DNA from: an uncultured Gammaproteobacteria bacterium
GTDB lineage: Bacteria; Patescibacteriota; Microgenomatia; Levybacterales; GWA1-39-11
Reading direction: 5' to 3'
Assembly: GCA_964568885.1 (NCBI GenBank)
Contig: CAZMSF010000002.1
Span: 4,367 to 68,366, forward strand
Length of the DNA: 64,000 nt
Shown piece after piece: positions 45,553 through 55,878 of this stretch; positions within the stretch are counted from its first letter, which is position 1, and each line of letters begins with the position of its first letter. The notes under the pieces were generated by a model. The model saw only the letters and a program-made list of their open reading frames with translations. It was not told the origin of the DNA and did no database searches. The position numbers and the translations under genes are program-made.

Positions 45553-46893
45553 ATGTCTGTAATTGCGGAAAGAAACATAGTCGGAATTGTTGACAGCGGT
45601 GGACGTGGGGCCGCTTTGGCTCGCGCGTATGAGAGAAGTCCGCATGTTGATGGAATAGTTGTTATTCCCGGAAATGACCTTACTGCAGAAATGGCAACCA
45701 AGCCAACTTTCGTTTTTCCAAATATCAGCAATTCAAGTGCCGATGCGATTGCAGACAAATTTTCAGAATTGGGGGTAACACTTGCCGATGTTGCTCAAGA
45801 TAATGCCATTGAGGCGGGAGTTACAGATAGGCTTAGGGAACAGGGAATTGCAACTATAGGACCTTCGAGAGATGCCGGACAAATCGAATGGAGCAAAGCA
45901 TACGCGCGGGGGCTTGGGAAAAACGCAGGCTTGCAACAACCGCGTTTTGAAACATTTACCAGAATTGAGCCTGCAGATTGGTACATAGACCATAGCGGAG
46001 AGGAAAACTTTGTCGTAAAAGCCAACGGGCTTGCCGAAGGGAAAGGTGTGAAGCTTGCGCACAGCTCGGAGGAGGCAAAAAGAATGGTTCGACTGCTTCA
46101 TGAGCAGCATGCAAAAGCATCGGAAATTTTTCTCATTGAGGAAATGGTTGCGGGTGAAGAATTCTCGACTTTTTTTGCCTCAGACGGTGAGCACATAAAA
46201 CTACTCGGACATGCTCAAGACCACAAGAGAGAGGGAAATTACGACACGGGGGAAAATACAGGAGGAATGGGCGCAAGTACACCCCCAAGACTCATGACAC
46301 GCACTGTCGAGCTTGTGGTTGAGCAAGAAGTGAAGAAAATGATGACAGCGCTTTCTGAGGAAGGCAGACCATATGAGGGAATTGGATATTATGGAGGGAT
46401 GCTTAATGAGGTTTTGAAACGGGTAAACAACATTGAGTGGAATGCAAGATGGGGGGACCCGGAGGTTGAGATAGTTGCTCCCGGAATAACGTCGGATATC
46501 TTCGAACTTGCCGTTGCTATCGTTAAAAAAAGTTTGGATAAGTACACTTTAACAACAGACAACCTCGCGCGGGTGGTTGTTGCAGGGGCATCGAGAGGTT
46601 ATCCAAGAGACTATAGTATGGTCAAGGGTAAAGAAGTTTTTGGCCTTGACTATGTCATGCATATGGAAGGTGTCGAGTTATATGGCGCAGGAGTAAAAGT
46701 GGATGAGGATGGGCGGCATTGGGCGAATGGAGGGAGACTCTTTTATATTGTAGGACAAGGAGAAAATGTAATTGAAGCACGGGAGAAGGCGTACGGAGCA
46801 ATGGCACGGGTGCATGTGGACGGAAATAACCTAATGTACCGGAACGACATCGGATGGAAAGACGTTCAAAGGCTGAGGGATGAGGGATATTAA
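45553..46893 (+). CDS. purD: Phosphoribosylamine-glycine ligase
   Basis: IEWSK, VVKANGLAEGKGV, QDHKR, NTGGMG, EWNARWGDPE, GGR, YRNDIG. Confidence 0.96.
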   Translation: MSVIAERNIVGIVDSGGRGAALARAYERSPHVDGIVVIPGNDLTAEMATKPTFVFPNISNSSADAIADKFSELGVTLADVAQDNAIEAGVTDRLREQGIATIGPSRDAGQIEWSKAYARGLGKNAGLQQPRFETFTRIEPADWYIDHSGEENFVVKANGLAEGKGVKLAHSSEEAKRMVRLLHEQHAKASEIFLIEEMVAGEEFSTFFASDGEHIKLLGHAQDHKREGNYDTGENTGGMGASTPPRLMTRTVELVVEQEVKKMMTALSEEGRPYEGIGYYGGMLNEVLKRVNNIEWNARWGDPEVEIVAPGITSDIFELAVAIVKKSLDKYTLTTDNLARVVVAGASRGYPRDYSMVKGKEVFGLDYVMHMEGVELYGAGVKVDEDGRHWANGGRLFYIVGQGENVIEAREKAYGAMARVHVDGNNLMYRNDIGWKDVQRLRDEGY

Positions 46894-46895
46894 CT

Positions 46896-49781
46896 ATGAC
46901 AATTAACGAAGTACATGTTGCGAGAAACCAGGATCTCCCCGACCCAATAGGGGATGAGGTTTCGAAAGAAGCAGAAAGAGTTTTTGGAATAAAAACTTCT
47001 GTGAGGACTACTGCAAATTACAGGCTTGAAGGTGTTTCTGATGAAGACGCTCTGACGCTCACAACTGCAGTTCTTGTCGACCCGATTGTCGAAACGGGGG
47101 AAATCGGATCTTTGTCTCACACGGCTGTTGCTTTTGTTGATGGTGACTACGTTTTTATTGATAGGGAAGGCAAAAAAAGCATCGAAGTTTCATTGCGACC
47201 CGAGATGACAGATCCGGTTGCCGGTACCATTGAGGAATCGGCAAGAGATTTAGAGATACCGCTTGATGCTGCCAGGATTTCAAGAACATACACATTCGGC
47301 CCAAAGACCACCCCAAAAGAAGCAGTTCAAATTACACGAAGATTATTGGTAAATGACAAAGTCGAAACGGTTATAAATACCCCTCCTGAAACTCTTGCTA
47401 TCAAAGGAGAGGTGCCTCAGGTTGAAATTGTTTCGCTTCAGGATGCATCGGACGAACGGCTCACAGAGATTTCCGACCAGAGGCGGCTGAGTCTCAATTT
47501 GACAGAGATGAAAGTTATCCAAAAGGAGGCAAGAAGGAGGGAAAAAGATTTTACCGACGTTGAGCTTGAGATTCTAGCGGCACGGTGGAGCGAGCACTGT
47601 GTCCACAAGACATTTAATGCAAAAGTAATAACTCCCGAGGGCGAAAAGCCATCACTTTTCTCCCGAATCAAAAATATGTCAAGAAAGCACTTTGGAAATT
47701 TGGTTGCGACCGCTTTTGACGACAATTCAGGGGGAATTCATTTTTATGATGATACGGTCGTTCTCGTCAAATGGGAAACCCACAACAGCCCGTCGGCAAT
47801 TGACCCGGTTGGAGGTGCTGCAACAGGAAGCGGAGGAGTTTTTCGGGATATTATGGGAACAGGTCAGGGGGCAAAGGTTATTCTGTCAACCGACGCTTTT
47901 GCAGTAGCCCCGCCCGAGATGAAGCAAGAAGATCTTCCCCCTAAAACCATTCCCCCGGACAATCTACTGCGCGGACTCGTTAAAGGCGTAAGTGGATATG
48001 GAAATCCGATGGGGGTTCCAACGCCAAATGGTTCTGTTCATTTTCATCCTGATTTTGCCGCAAAGCCAACAGTTCTCGTTGGTGCTTATGGCATTACGCC
48101 TGAAAAATATGCATATAAAACGGACCCAGAAGTAGGAGATAGAGTTGTTGTAATCGGCGGCCGGACAGGTAGAGATGGAATTCATGGAGCAACGGTAAGC
48201 TCCGGTGAGAGGACAGAGAAAACCGCAACGATTGATGCGACACATGTTCAGATGGGAAATCCCATCGAAGAAAGAAAAATGGCTGATGCCATTTTGGAAG
48301 CAAGAGATAAGGGATTGGTTAGAACGCTTACCGACTGTGGAGCAGCCGGGTTTTCATCGGCAATTGGGGAACTTGCTGAAAATGTAGGAGTGACGGTTGA
48401 TATCTCAAAAGCTCCACTAAAGTACGAAGGCCTTGCTCCATGGGAGATTTGGTTGTCGGAGTCACAAGAACGGATGGCCTTAGCAATAGACCCTCAGAAG
48501 ATGGAGGAGTTTTTGGAAGTATGCAGAAGATATGAGGTTGAAGCAACCGATTTAGGGGTGTTTGATGGGAGTAACACTCTTACTGTCATGCACGGGGATA
48601 AGATAGTGGCGGATTTGGACTATGAATTCTTAAAAAACGGATTGCCTCAGCGCGAAATGGAAGCAGAATATTTCCATGAATTATTCCCGGAGCCTGAAGT
48701 CGAATTGCCCACGGATTGGGTTGGCACGTTGAAAAACGTTTTGTCTCACGGAAATGTGTGTTCAAAACAGCCAATTGTCAGGCAATACGACACAACAGTA
48801 CAGGGGACAAATGCATTGCCACCATTTGGAGGGGTAAATTTGGATGCGCCCAACGACGCGACAATTATTACTCCAATTCTTGACAAACCATATGGACTTA
48901 TAGTGAGTCATGGTCTCAACCCAATCCTTAATAGAATTGATCCAGAACGTGGTGCGAAATGGGCGGTTATTGAGGCTGTATCAAATGCGGTAGCCGTCGG
49001 AGCCGACATCGAGGAAATGGGAATATGCGGAAACTATATTTGGCCGACTCCCGACAGGCACTTTATGGGAGCGCTTGATGTTGCTGTTGACAGTGTGAAT
49101 GCTACGCAAGATGCTTTGGGACTGCCAACCATTAGCGGAAAAGATAGCCTTTCGGCAACATATGAATGGCCTGATAAGAAAACAAAAACTCACGTTCCAC
49201 CGGTTGTCAGCATTTCAACGATAGCAAAAATTCCCGATGTGGCAAAAACCGTTTCAGCCGATATAAAAAGAACAGGCTCGACACTTGTTGTAGTAGGAAA
49301 GCGGCATGAAGGTATGGGAGGGTCTGCGTATTTTGATACATTGGGACATTTAGGGAATGAAATTCCGGACATTGATGTTCTATCTGCGAAAGCAACCGCA
49401 AAATCTCTCCATGCTGCTATCTTGGAAGGGGAAGTTTCTTCTTGTCACGACGTTTCCGAGGGCGGTCTTATTGCGGCTGCAGCCGAGATGGCTTTTGGTG
49501 GCGACTGTGGAATTGTTCTTGATATTGACACAAAAGAGCGGCCGGACTTTTTCTTATTTAATGAAACAACCGGGACATTCATTGTCGAAGTTGATGACCC
49601 TGAACGAATAAAAGATTTTTTTGGAAACGTACCGTATATAGTTATCGGAAAAACAACCGAAGAAAAACAAATAAGAGTAAATCATAATGAAAGCGAATTG
49701 TTCAGCGCCGAATTGGAGGACTTAAAAGAAGCATGGCAGCGGCCGATGCAGGAACTTTTCCATGTAGCAGCGAGCGCATAA
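46896..49781 (+). CDS. purL: FGAM synthase subunit PurL with PurS-like N-terminal extension
   Basis: WSEHCVHK, ETHNSPS, TGRDGIHG, DCGAAG, SESQERM, SGKDSL, HDVSEGG. Confidence 0.97.
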   Translation: MTINEVHVARNQDLPDPIGDEVSKEAERVFGIKTSVRTTANYRLEGVSDEDALTLTTAVLVDPIVETGEIGSLSHTAVAFVDGDYVFIDREGKKSIEVSLRPEMTDPVAGTIEESARDLEIPLDAARISRTYTFGPKTTPKEAVQITRRLLVNDKVETVINTPPETLAIKGEVPQVEIVSLQDASDERLTEISDQRRLSLNLTEMKVIQKEARRREKDFTDVELEILAARWSEHCVHKTFNAKVITPEGEKPSLFSRIKNMSRKHFGNLVATAFDDNSGGIHFYDDTVVLVKWETHNSPSAIDPVGGAATGSGGVFRDIMGTGQGAKVILSTDAFAVAPPEMKQEDLPPKTIPPDNLLRGLVKGVSGYGNPMGVPTPNGSVHFHPDFAAKPTVLVGAYGITPEKYAYKTDPEVGDRVVVIGGRTGRDGIHGATVSSGERTEKTATIDATHVQMGNPIEERKMADAILEARDKGLVRTLTDCGAAGFSSAIGELAENVGVTVDISKAPLKYEGLAPWEIWLSESQERMALAIDPQKMEEFLEVCRRYEVEATDLGVFDGSNTLTVMHGDKIVADLDYEFLKNGLPQREMEAEYFHELFPEPEVELPTDWVGTLKNVLSHGNVCSKQPIVRQYDTTVQGTNALPPFGGVNLDAPNDATIITPILDKPYGLIVSHGLNPILNRIDPERGAKWAVIEAVSNAVAVGADIEEMGICGNYIWPTPDRHFMGALDVAVDSVNATQDALGLPTISGKDSLSATYEWPDKKTKTHVPPVVSISTIAKIPDVAKTVSADIKRTGSTLVVVGKRHEGMGGSAYFDTLGHLGNEIPDIDVLSAKATAKSLHAAILEGEVSSCHDVSEGGLIAAAAEMAFGGDCGIVLDIDTKERPDFFLFNETTGTFIVEVDDPERIKDFFGNVPYIVIGKTTEEKQIRVNHNESELFSAELEDLKEAWQRPMQELFHVAASA

Positions 49782-49784
49782 ATT

Positions 49785-50588
49785 ATGGCATTAACAGAAT
49801 TACAACCAAGAATTGCAATTGTAAAATACCCCGGCACGAACTGTGAGGGAGAAACAGCCTATGGAATAACTCTTGCAGGGGGTATTCCCGATATTGTTCT
49901 TAATTATGATTTGGAGAGGGGTGATGTCCAACTGCCCGATTATCAAGGAGTCATATTTGCCGGAGGATTTTCCTATGGCGATGATTTGGGTTCCGGAAGG
50001 GTTGCGGCTTTGAAATTAGACAGTAAGTACGGCAACCAAGTTGAACGTTTTAAAGAAAAAGGAGGGATTAGTCTTGGCATTTGTAACGGAAATCAAATAA
50101 TGGCGCAGTCCGAGCAGTTTTTTACAGATGAAGCGGGTCGAGAGTTAACGCTTGATAGAAATGACAGGGCACACTTCAACAGCGACAGGGTGAAACTTTT
50201 GTACGAACCAAACAATAGGTGTGTTTGGTTGAAAGATTTGCAGGAATATGGGCCTGTAGAATTTCAGGTCGCCCATGGTGAGGGAAAGTACGTGTTTGTA
50301 AAACCCGAAAAGCTTGCCGAGCTTGAAGCAGAGGGGAGGGTGTTATTTAGATATGCCGGAAAAGATGGAAAACCAACGCTTGCCTATCCATTAAATCCAA
50401 ACGGTTCTGTTAACGGCATTGCAGGAGTAGTTGATAGAACAGGTCATCATGCTGCCCTCATGCCTCATCCGGAGCGGTCAATCAAAAGAGAGCAATATGC
50501 AAATTCGAGACGCCTTCCTCAAGATTTTATTCCCGAAGGGCTAACGCTGTTGAAGCACTATGTGGGGCATGCGCGGCAATCGGCCTAA
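49785..50588 (+). CDS. purQ: FGAM synthase glutaminase subunit
   Basis: PGTNCE, GGFSYGD, GICNG, AHGEG, NPNGS, MPHPER. Confidence 0.97.
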   Translation: MALTELQPRIAIVKYPGTNCEGETAYGITLAGGIPDIVLNYDLERGDVQLPDYQGVIFAGGFSYGDDLGSGRVAALKLDSKYGNQVERFKEKGGISLGICNGNQIMAQSEQFFTDEAGRELTLDRNDRAHFNSDRVKLLYEPNNRCVWLKDLQEYGPVEFQVAHGEGKYVFVKPEKLAELEAEGRVLFRYAGKDGKPTLAYPLNPNGSVNGIAGVVDRTGHHAALMPHPERSIKREQYANSRRLPQDFIPEGLTLLKHYVGHARQSA

Positions 50589-51241
50589 ATTACCTCTTTC
50601 GTAAAAAGGGATGAGAGGATTTCAAAAGCCCTATTTATATTTTTATCTTCAAAAAATAGCGTAAATTCGCTTTTCGTAGGGGAGGCGCCTATGATGTTTA
50701 TTCCTTCCCATGCCAAAGATTTTAGGAAAAAATAATACACCCCGGCCGTGGTCATCGCCTCGGCAGGAACGTATACGGTGATTTGAGATATGTTTTGCAA
50801 ATTCGTAATGATTGAGTCTACATTGACACTCGCAAGCAGTTTTTCAAGGAGCACCATGCTTCCGGTAATTTGAATTTCGGTTGCGCCAACGGTTATTGCA
50901 CCAAATGTGCCCTTAACCCTATTTAAAAACAGTTTTGAGACAAGCTCTTCGGTTTCTTTAGTTCGGGCAATAACGACAAAAAAAAGCCCCGAGCGGATAA
51001 CCATTTCAGGAGGATGTTTGAAAATTTCCTCGCTTTTATATTTTGGTTTGAAATTTTTCTGTAAGCGTTTGAGTGCCATTATAATTGAACCCGAGCTCAC
51101 GTTTTTTATCAGCATCTGCTCCAATTCGGGTTGTATATAGCGGGCCAATGATGAGAGGTTGATGATGTCTTTTGCCAAAGCCTCGGAAAGGTACCGTGAG
51201 CGTTCGACTATTTTTTTTGTTGCTTCGGGAACAGTAATCAT
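50585..51241 (-). CDS. ACT-domain-containing protein with a possible N-terminal DNA-binding region
   Basis: INLSSLARYI, IIMALKR; C-terminal ACT-like LAWEGINII. Confidence 0.8.
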   Translation of the reverse strand: MITVPEATKKIVERSRYLSEALAKDIINLSSLARYIQPELEQMLIKNVSSGSIIMALKRLQKNFKPKYKSEEIFKHPPEMVIRSGLFFVVIARTKETEELVSKLFLNRVKGTFGAITVGATEIQITGSMVLLEKLLASVNVDSIITNLQNISQITVYVPAEAMTTAGVYYFFLKSLAWEGINIIGASPTKSEFTLFFEDKNINRAFEILSSLFTKEVI

Positions 51242-51355
51242 GAAGATGTTAATATCTTAACAAAATATACGGTTTTGTAAATTTTATTTCAAAAATTGAC
51301 CTCAATAGGAGTTTCATTTTACCATTCTTATGACAAAGAAAGGAGGTGTAAGCGC

Positions 51356-51535
51356 ATGGAAAGAATCAAAACAAAACCTGAAGGGGCCGATTTTCGGGCA
51401 ATAATCAACCAACCGCTACGCGATGAGATGGCTGAGCTCTCAAGGCAGCTTTCTGTTGCAGACAATGAAGGAATGTATGACAGACGAGATGGTGCTCCGG
51501 TTGAATTAAAGGCGGGGGTTGAGGGTAATGTTTAG
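51356..51535 (+). CDS. Putative 59-aa hypothetical protein
   Basis: SD GAAAGGAGGT upstream of MERIKTKPEG. Confidence 0.55.
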   Translation: MERIKTKPEGADFRAIINQPLRDEMAELSRQLSVADNEGMYDRRDGAPVELKAGVEGNV

Positions 51536-51626
51536 CTAATTGTATCTTCTGCTTGACTTAACTTTTCACGGGTGAGTACAATGAAGGAGGAAGCAAATCC
51601 CCATATATGTTTCATAAAAAACAGAT

Positions 51627-52844
51627 ATGTTCTACTTTTCCGAACTCATCAACAAGAAAGTGGTCAATGAGAATAATAGGACCATCGGTAAGCTAAAAGA
51701 CTTTTTGTTCCTGGCAGAAGAATCCCCAAAAATTACGAAGCTATTCGTTAGAAAAAGTAAATGGCGAAGTTATTCGATACCAATTCAAGACTTAAAAACA
51801 GTCAATGGCCGCATCGTCGTTTCCAAAGATTTTACTGAGAAAGAGGTATCCGATAAAGAATTTTCCTTGGCCCACAATTTGCTCAACCGACAAATAATTG
51901 ACGTCAAAGGGGGAAAAGTCGTTCGGGTTAATGATATCGCGATACAAGACAAGGAGGATAAGCAAGAGTACTATATTGCCGGCGTTGATGTTGGTTTTCG
52001 CGCGATACTCCGTTGGTTCAAATTGGAGAAAGCGTTTACGCCTATATATAAGGCGCTGAATTTGTATTCTCACCCGCACTTTTTATCATGGGGAGATATA
52101 GAGCCATTGGAGTTGGCAAATGGCACCGTACAGCTTAAGAAGGATATCGGAGAATTGGAGAGAATGAGACCGGAGGATTTGGCAGACTATTTGGAGAAGA
52201 CGAATATCAGAAATGTGAACAAAGTCATTACCGGACTTGGCGATGAATATGCGGCAGACGTTATCGAAGACTTGAATATCAACTATCAGACTGCGCTTTT
52301 CAAAAGATTTGCCCCCGAGAAAGCAACCAAAATCATAGACCTTCTGGAACCGGATGAGGCTGTTGATATTCTTCTGACGTTGCCTCGGGAAAAACGCATT
52401 GAAATACTTGAGGGTCTTGAAAAAACCAAAAATGAGGAGCTAAAAGAGCTGATGAAGTATTCAAAAACGTCGGTAGGAAAACTTATAAACCCGAACTTTA
52501 TCACTGTCGGTTCAGAGATAAACGCAGGAGATGCTTTATCAAAAGTAAAAGAGGCACTTGTCGAGCAGCCATTTGCAAAATATGTATATTGCGTAAATAG
52601 TGAAGAGCATTTGGTGGGGGTTTTTGAGCTTCCAAACCTTCTTATCCAGGCATCCGATACTCCTGTCTATAAATTCATGGAACAGGACGTTGTTGTTGCG
52701 CACCTGACTACCCCTCAGGAAATCGCCTTAAAAAGGATGCTTAAGTACAAATTGTATGCACTTCCCGTTATTTCAGACAACCAAAAAATGATTGGGGTCG
52801 TTACCTTTGATGACATGATTGAGGATATTGAAGAGAAGTTGTAA
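51627..52844 (+). CDS. Soluble PRC-barrel + MgtE N-domain + CBS protein
   Basis: IIDVKGGKVVRVND, PEDLAD, EPDEAVD, CBS pair ending GVVTFDD; no TM domain. Confidence 0.9.
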   Translation: MFYFSELINKKVVNENNRTIGKLKDFLFLAEESPKITKLFVRKSKWRSYSIPIQDLKTVNGRIVVSKDFTEKEVSDKEFSLAHNLLNRQIIDVKGGKVVRVNDIAIQDKEDKQEYYIAGVDVGFRAILRWFKLEKAFTPIYKALNLYSHPHFLSWGDIEPLELANGTVQLKKDIGELERMRPEDLADYLEKTNIRNVNKVITGLGDEYAADVIEDLNINYQTALFKRFAPEKATKIIDLLEPDEAVDILLTLPREKRIEILEGLEKTKNEELKELMKYSKTSVGKLINPNFITVGSEINAGDALSKVKEALVEQPFAKYVYCVNSEEHLVGVFELPNLLIQASDTPVYKFMEQDVVVAHLTTPQEIALKRMLKYKLYALPVISDNQKMIGVVTFDDMIEDIEEKL

Positions 52845-54088
52845 TGAAAAAAATAATTAAGAGACTACGGATTAAAATTTTTATTTTGTTAGCCGTTGTG
52901 GGGCCAGGGCTTATTACGGCGTTTGCCGACAACGACGCTGGAGGGGTCGCGACATATTCTGTTGCCGCATCGAAATTCGGCTACTCAATGTTGACAACTC
53001 TCATCCCCATTACCATTGTTCTTATGGTAACTCAAGAGATAGGCTCGCGTTTGGCTGTTGTTAGTGGAAAGGGATTGGGGGATTTGATACGTGAGAAATT
53101 TGGCATCAGAGTTTCCGTGCTGATCTTTGCGCTGCTATTTTTCGTCAATTTCGGAGTCATTATCCAAGATGTTGGAGGGCTAAAAGACGGACTTGCACTT
53201 TTCCACCTCAATTTGTGGATTTTTATGCCGGTTGTAATAGCATTTTTGTTCTTTTTCATAACAAAAGCTTCATATGCAAAAGTTGAGAAATTTTTCTTAT
53301 TTTTAATATTCTTTTACATTGCATATTTCGTAAGCGCCGTACTCGCAAAACCCGACTGGGGACTTGTGGGAAAATCACTGGTGATGCCGGTTGGCAAGGT
53401 CTCCTTTGACTATTTATATACTTCAATTGCAGTCCTTGGAACAACGGTTACTGCTTGGGGTCAATTCTTTATCAACAGTTATGTGAAGGATAAAAAATTG
53501 ACGGTCGATAGAATTGGATACAACAGGCTTGAAATATATTTCGGAGCATTCTTAACCGATATTGTGACACTTTTTATGATGGTGGCAGTTGCCGCTACGG
53601 TATTTACCCATAATGTACAAATACAAGGAGCTGCAGATGCTGCGCTTGCCATAAAGCCTTTCGCAGGGGATTTGGCAGGGGTGATGTTCGGAGCGGGACT
53701 TATCGTTGCGGGGTTTATTGGAGCTGCAATTGTCCCATTGGCAACCGCATATGCCTTCTCTGAATTTTTTGGATACGAAGGGAGTCTGGACGTAAATTTC
53801 TCAAAAAGCAGACTCTTCTATGGGTTTTTCATCGTCCAAGTGCTTCTCGGGGTTGCAGCAGTAAGTTTTCCCAATTTTGCCCTTTTCAAGTTCACACTTT
53901 ATGCAGATTTCATTAACGGTTTGTTTTTGCCGATTATATTTTTCTTCCTGTATAAATTTGCTAACGACCGCGAAATCATGGGGAAGTACAGAAATAACCA
54001 TATTCAAAATGTACTGCTCATCGGTTCCGGACTTGTTATCACAATAGCCTCCCTTGTTGGTGGGGTAGGAAAAGCTTTTGGAATGTAG
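52844..54088 (+). CDS. Nramp-family (Mg-transporter-like subgroup) divalent metal transporter
   Basis: GPGLITAFADNDAGGVATYS, GTTVTAW; translationally coupled to the CBS gene. Confidence 0.92.
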   Translation: MKKIIKRLRIKIFILLAVVGPGLITAFADNDAGGVATYSVAASKFGYSMLTTLIPITIVLMVTQEIGSRLAVVSGKGLGDLIREKFGIRVSVLIFALLFFVNFGVIIQDVGGLKDGLALFHLNLWIFMPVVIAFLFFFITKASYAKVEKFFLFLIFFYIAYFVSAVLAKPDWGLVGKSLVMPVGKVSFDYLYTSIAVLGTTVTAWGQFFINSYVKDKKLTVDRIGYNRLEIYFGAFLTDIVTLFMMVAVAATVFTHNVQIQGAADAALAIKPFAGDLAGVMFGAGLIVAGFIGAAIVPLATAYAFSEFFGYEGSLDVNFSKSRLFYGFFIVQVLLGVAAVSFPNFALFKFTLYADFINGLFLPIIFFFLYKFANDREIMGKYRNNHIQNVLLIGSGLVITIASLVGGVGKAFGM

Positions 54089-54091
54089 TCT

Positions 54092-55171
54092 ATGGCGCGT
54101 CTTACCTATCAACAACTTATAGATAAACATTTGGAGATTTTAAAAGGACTCCAATATGATAGCGGACTTTTTGCAGCTGCGGACAAAAGCGTCGGAACCG
54201 GTTACGAGAAAAGTTGGTTAAGGGATAATTTTTATGAAACCATTGCATTCGAAGTAATAGGAGACTGGAATACGGTTGAGAAGACATACAGAGCTATTCT
54301 TTCGATTCTTCTCAAACATGAAGAAAAAATCGACTGGGCAATAGAGAACAAGCCTACCGAGTCTTTTCAATTTATCCACGCGCGTTTTCACCCCGAGACT
54401 TTCGACGAATTTTGGGAGTCGTGGGGGAATAAGCAAAACGACGCGGTAGGGTGTATTTTGTTCCGCATTGGGGAACTTGAGCACCATCACAACCGGGCAA
54501 TTCTTACCGATGAGTCTCACGTAAGAATAATCAACAAATTAGTGAGATATTTGGAAGCTATCGAGTATTGGCAAAATGGCGACAGTGGTATGTGGGAAGA
54601 AGATGAAGAGCTGCATGCATCCTCCGTTGGAGCATGCGTTGCAGGACTCGAATCGATTAAGAGGTTGCCATCTATTCAGGTTCCGGAAGAGCTCATAGAA
54701 AGAGGAAGAAATGCGTTGGTAGAATTACTTCCCCGTGAATCAGAACGAAAATTCGTTGACTTGGCATTGCTATCGCTCATTTGGCCATACAATGTGGTAA
54801 CAGACGCTCAGCGAGATGAGATCTTGAAAAATGTTGAGTACCATTTGCTTCGGGAACGAGGAGTAATACGATATAAGGGGGATAGATATTACAATAAAAA
54901 TGCAGACAGTATAAGTGAGGAAGCTGAGTGGACTTTCGGTCTTGCGTGGCTCGCAATTATTTACGGAAAGCTGGGGCAAACGGAAAAAGCATTTTCTTAC
55001 ATAAAGGACTTGATAGCGGATGACACCCCGGAGGGTGTTCCGGAGTTATATTTCTCAAATTCGCCCGAATATAATGACAATACGCCGCTTGGGTGGTCCG
55101 AATCACTGTTTATTGTTGCATTATTTGAAATGCAAGAGCGGTGGGAAATGGAAGCAAAAGAAAAGGAGTAG
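54092..55171 (+). CDS. Glycoside hydrolase family 15-like protein
   Basis: WLRDN, QNDAVG, DSGMWEE, RYKGD, PELY, PLGWS. Confidence 0.9.
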   Translation: MARLTYQQLIDKHLEILKGLQYDSGLFAAADKSVGTGYEKSWLRDNFYETIAFEVIGDWNTVEKTYRAILSILLKHEEKIDWAIENKPTESFQFIHARFHPETFDEFWESWGNKQNDAVGCILFRIGELEHHHNRAILTDESHVRIINKLVRYLEAIEYWQNGDSGMWEEDEELHASSVGACVAGLESIKRLPSIQVPEELIERGRNALVELLPRESERKFVDLALLSLIWPYNVVTDAQRDEILKNVEYHLLRERGVIRYKGDRYYNKNADSISEEAEWTFGLAWLAIIYGKLGQTEKAFSYIKDLIADDTPEGVPELYFSNSPEYNDNTPLGWSESLFIVALFEMQERWEMEAKEKE

Positions 55172-55181
55172 GGAGAGAAAA

Positions 55182-55736
55182 CTATTTCTTAAAAAGTTTG
55201 CCTTTTTTCCAAGGGGTACCCAACATCGGAAGGAGATATCTGTCAACGCCTATCCATCCAGCAGTCCTCCACGCCAGAATAAGAAAGAGTTCGATGACAA
55301 ACAATACTGGGTTTGAACTTATGGTTCCGGCAAAAAGATAATTCATGTTCATGAACGCTCCAAAAAATGCAGAAATTCCGGTAAATATGCCCAATATAAG
55401 TCCAATGCCGACTAACAATTCTCCAAAGGCTACCATATAGGAGAATGTGGCGGCATTGGGAAGGGCTACATTCTGAATAAATGCTCCGTAAAATCCTGAA
55501 ACATCAGGATGCTGGCCTCCTGTTTTTTCAAGTGCGCCATTCAAAAATCCCGAAACTGCAACTCCTGCTTTAGGGCCGACCCACACCGGATTGTTAACCT
55601 TTGCCCATCCCGCAATAAGCCATTCATATCCGACGTAAACACGAAGGACAAGCCAGACCCAACCCATTCGAGTATTTGAGAAGATAAAGCGCGATAGCGC
55701 CGGCTCCGGAATTTCGTCTGAAAGATTTTTAGCCAT
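55182..55736 (-). CDS. DoxX/TQO small subunit family membrane protein
   Basis: LRVYVGYEWL.AG..K, GELLVGIGL, MNMNYLFAG..S.NP. Confidence 0.92.
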   Translation of the reverse strand: MAKNLSDEIPEPALSRFIFSNTRMGWVWLVLRVYVGYEWLIAGWAKVNNPVWVGPKAGVAVSGFLNGALEKTGGQHPDVSGFYGAFIQNVALPNAATFSYMVAFGELLVGIGLILGIFTGISAFFGAFMNMNYLFAGTISSNPVLFVIELFLILAWRTAGWIGVDRYLLPMLGTPWKKGKLFKK

Positions 55737-55770
55737 ACTCTACGTTACCAGTGTTGATTCATGTGTGTCA

Positions 55771-55786
55771 AGTGATTTAAATCACA
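55771..55786. promoter_or_regulatory. CRP/FNR- or Rex-like palindromic operator
   Basis: AGTGA-TTTAAA-TCACA between the divergent DoxX and FAD oxidoreductase genes. Confidence 0.45.
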
Positions 55787-55878
55787 TACAAACATTTTAT
55801 ATTCTGAGAGGCAGAACCCACTTGACGAACGTATAAATTTCCTTCATCATAAAAAAAGAGCGATATTTTTTGTTTTGT

